DNA of 64,000 nucleotides from Dendrobates tinctorius (lineage: Eukaryota), in assembly GCF_039654945.1 (NCBI RefSeq), contig NW_027361687.1, positions 61,814,001-61,878,000 on the forward strand, read 5' to 3'. The notes beneath the pieces were generated by a model that saw only the letters and a program-made list of their open reading frames with translations, searched no databases and was not told the origin of the DNA. Both the position numbers and the translations under genes were made by a program. Each line of letters opens with the position of its first letter. Positions within the stretch are counted from its first letter, which is position 1. Shown in pieces: positions 61,095 through 64,000 of this stretch.

Positions 61095-62703
61095 AGCCGG
61101 TGACATCACAGGAGCATTCATGATATCACCAGCCTGTACTTTTACTACATAGAAGCTGGTGACATCACAGGAGTTTGTATGATGTCCCCAGCCTCTACAT
61201 CCACAATATAGACGCCGGTGACATCACAAGAGGAGTCTGGATGATGTCGCCATATTGTTCTTTCACTACAAAGGAGTCTGGATGATGTCAGCAGCCCGTA
61301 CTTCCACGACAGAGAAGCCATGGACATCACAGGAGTCTGGGTGATGTCACCAGCACAAACTTCCACTACATAGAAGCCGGTGACACCACAGGCGTCTGAA
61401 TGATGTCATCAGCCCGAACTTCCACTACATAGAAGCCGGTGACATCACAGGAGTCTGGATGATGTCATCAGCCCGTACTTCCACTACTTAGAAGCTGGTG
61501 ACATTACAGGAGTCTGGATGATGTCATCAGCCCACACTTCCACTACTTAGAAGCCGGTGACATCACAGGATTCTGGATGATGTCATCAGCATGAACGTCC
61601 ACTACATAGAAGTCGTGACATCACAGGAGTCTGGATGATGTCATCAGCCCACACTTCCACTACTTAGAAGCCGGTGACATCACAGGAGTCTGGATGATGT
61701 CATCAGCCCATACTTCCACTACTTAGAAGCCGGTGACATCACAGGAGTATGGTTGAATGATGTCACCAGCCCGTACTTCCACTACTTAGAAGCCGGTGAC
61801 ATCACAGGAGTATGGATGAATGATGTCACCAGCCCGTACTTCCACTACTTAGAAGCCAGTGACATCACAGGAGTATGGATGAATGATGTCACCAGCCAGT
61901 ACTTCCACTACATAGAAGCCAGTGAGATCACAGGAGTCTGGATGATGTCACCAGCCAGTACTTCCACTACATAGAAGCCGGTGTCACCAGCCAGTACTTC
62001 CACTACATAGAAGCCGGTGACATCACAGGAGTCTGGATGATGTCATCAGCCCACACTTCCACTACTTAGAAGCCGGTGACATCACAGGAGTCTGGATGAT
62101 GTCATCAGCATGAACGTCCACTACATAGAAGTCGTGACATCACAGGAGTCTGGATGATGTCATCAGCCCACACTTCCACTACTTAGAAGCCGGTGACATC
62201 ACAGGAGTCTGGATGATGTCATCAGCCCATACTTCCACTACTTAGAAGCTGGTGACATCACAGGAGTATGGATGAATGATGTCACCAGCCCGTACTTCCA
62301 CTACTTAGAAGCCAGTGACATCACAGGAGTATGGATGAATGATGTCACCAGCCAGTACTTCCACTACATAGAAGCCAGTGAGATCACAGGAGTCTGGATG
62401 ATGTCACCAGCCAGTACTTCCACTACATAGAAGCCGGTGTCACCAGCCAGTACTTCCACTACATAGAAGCCGGTGTCACCAGCCAGTACTTCCACTACAT
62501 AGAAGCCGGTGTCACCAGCCAGTACTTCCACTACATAGAAGCCGATGTCACCAGCCAGTACTTCCACTACATAGAAGCCGATGTCACCAGCCAGTACTTC
62601 CACTACATAGAAGCCAGTGTCACCAGCCAGTACTTCCACTACATAGAAGCCGGTGACATCACAGGAGTCTGGATGATGTCAACAGCCAGTACTTCCACTA
62701 CAT
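61095..62703. repeat. 59-bp hairpin minisatellite (agaagccGGTGACATCAcaggagtctggaTGATGTCA(C/T)Cagcccgtacttccactacat) with 62-bp and 36-bp variants
   Basis: Tandem units visible. 36-bp deletion units at about 61975-62010 and 62430-62645. A ~519-bp higher-order offset (atgaacgtcc at 61591 and 62110). Confidence 0.95.
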
Positions 62704-63559
62704 ATCCTTATTTTTTTTCCTAAATAAAAAAAAAGAGCAAACTCAGTTGCGCTTTCTGAAAAAGATTTTTATGTGTATAATGACCTTTTTTAAATCTATA
62801 TAAATAGATTTAGAAAAAAAAGCTTACAATTTCTAGCGAGGGAGAGAAAAGAGGAGAGACGATAAAAAAAGAGTATAGCACAGAGAGATTTAGTTCCATC
62901 TGAAAGCTGTCGACATGAATAAAAGGCTTTTCTTTGAACCTTGAGTTTAATAGCGAGAGGAGAGAGAGAGATTGGAGTTTGGAGCCCTAGGGTTTAATCA
63001 GAGCTTCATTTGATAAATACAGGGAGACAGAACCTACACAGTCTGAGTGTTGATGCTTCTCCCCCTGCCCTGGTGCTGGCGCTCATTCTCCAGCTAGCCC
63101 TTTGTCTAATAAACCCTTTCCTCACCCCATCGATCCCCCCCTCTCTCCATATCCTCTACATCCCCTTCTTGTCATCATTTCATTTTTTATTTATGGCGAA
63201 GCCTCATAACATTCAAGGACTTTCCTCACTTTTCCACAGTAAAAGGAGAACTTTGAACGCTCCTCAGTCTGTTTACCGTAAATGTCATACCACAACCCCT
63301 TTAAAATGTTTTTTTTTTTTTTTTTAATACATATTAGGTGCTCACCAGGTGGGCACCATACTAAGTACGGGGTGTACGCATATGCTCAGTCACTCTCCCT
63401 ACAGCCAATAGACATAGATTTCTGTCTGCTTGTCAGGAAAGGACCACAGCCTCTGGAGTAACATGGTGGTATTGTAGCTGAGGAAACTACCACAGGGAAA
63501 ATAGAAAGGGACTATATTGTCAGCTGCCAGGGGGGAAGGAGACTGATTATGTGCAGAAT

Positions 63560-63935
63560 CCATCCCCTGCAGCTGAGTTGTGTAATATGAGGTTCTGCAG
63601 CAGTCGAGGTGTAAATGATTAATTTCTGTAGCAGCTGCGAGGTGTTTCATGAGGTTCTGTAGCAATTTAGGTGTATAATACGAGGTTCTGCAGAAGCTGA
63701 GGAGTATGATGATGTTGTTGCAGCAGCTCAAATCTATTATGATGTTCTGCAGCAGCTGTGGGGGTGTATGATGATGTTCTGCAGCCGCTGAGTGGGTATG
63801 ATGTTTTGCAGCACCTGGGCGGTGGATAATAAAGTTCTGCAGCAGGTGGGGGGGTGTATGATGATGTTCTGCAGCAGCTGGGGGGTGTATGATGATGTTG
63901 TGCAGCAGCTGCGGTGCATTATGATGTTCACATGA
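63560..63935. repeat. Diverged ~32-bp minisatellite (tgatgatgttctgcagcagctgtgggggtgta)
   Basis: Recurrent gatgttctgcagcag units that explain the His/Ala-rich minus-strand ORFs. Confidence 0.8.
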
Positions 63936-64000
63936 GGTGGTGCCAATAATGGGCATGGTTGTCTATGTGGTGTCATGGCATCACGTATCAAACAGGCTGC

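Noticed and set aside
63399-63991. His/Ala-rich ORFs of 185 and 84 aa
   Set aside because: Translations of a degenerate minisatellite.

Overview
Repeat-dense vertebrate genomic DNA, most likely from a frog. This is inferred from the repeat mix: Tc1 IR/DR elements, L2 with a V-SINE partner, CR1, Penelope, TTAA and TWA MITEs, and Gypsy-type solo LTRs. I recognise no host protein-coding gene, so the window reads as intronic or intergenic. All convincing ORFs are from transposons: an intact DD34E Tc1 transposase (52809-53831, -), a twice-frameshifted Tc1 (8773-9795, +), a decayed Tc1, 5'-truncated L2 and CR1 reverse-transcriptase ORFs, and a Penelope GIY-YIG fragment with hammerhead ribozyme motifs. 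About ten tandem-repeat families are present, and many transposons are nested inside them with readable target-site duplications (TSDs). The most striking observation is that two different young Tc1 families sit at the same TA, in the same relative orientation, of the same 35-bp satellite monomer in two arrays about 42 kb apart. Other highlights: a minisatellite born from a Tc1 start codon, tandem amplification of LTR termini, a 2004-bp duplication inside a satellite, and a repeat-free island (about 29.1-30.8 kb) with YY1/CTCF/OTX-like motifs and a candidate 6-nt microexon. All family assignments are by eye, without database searches.
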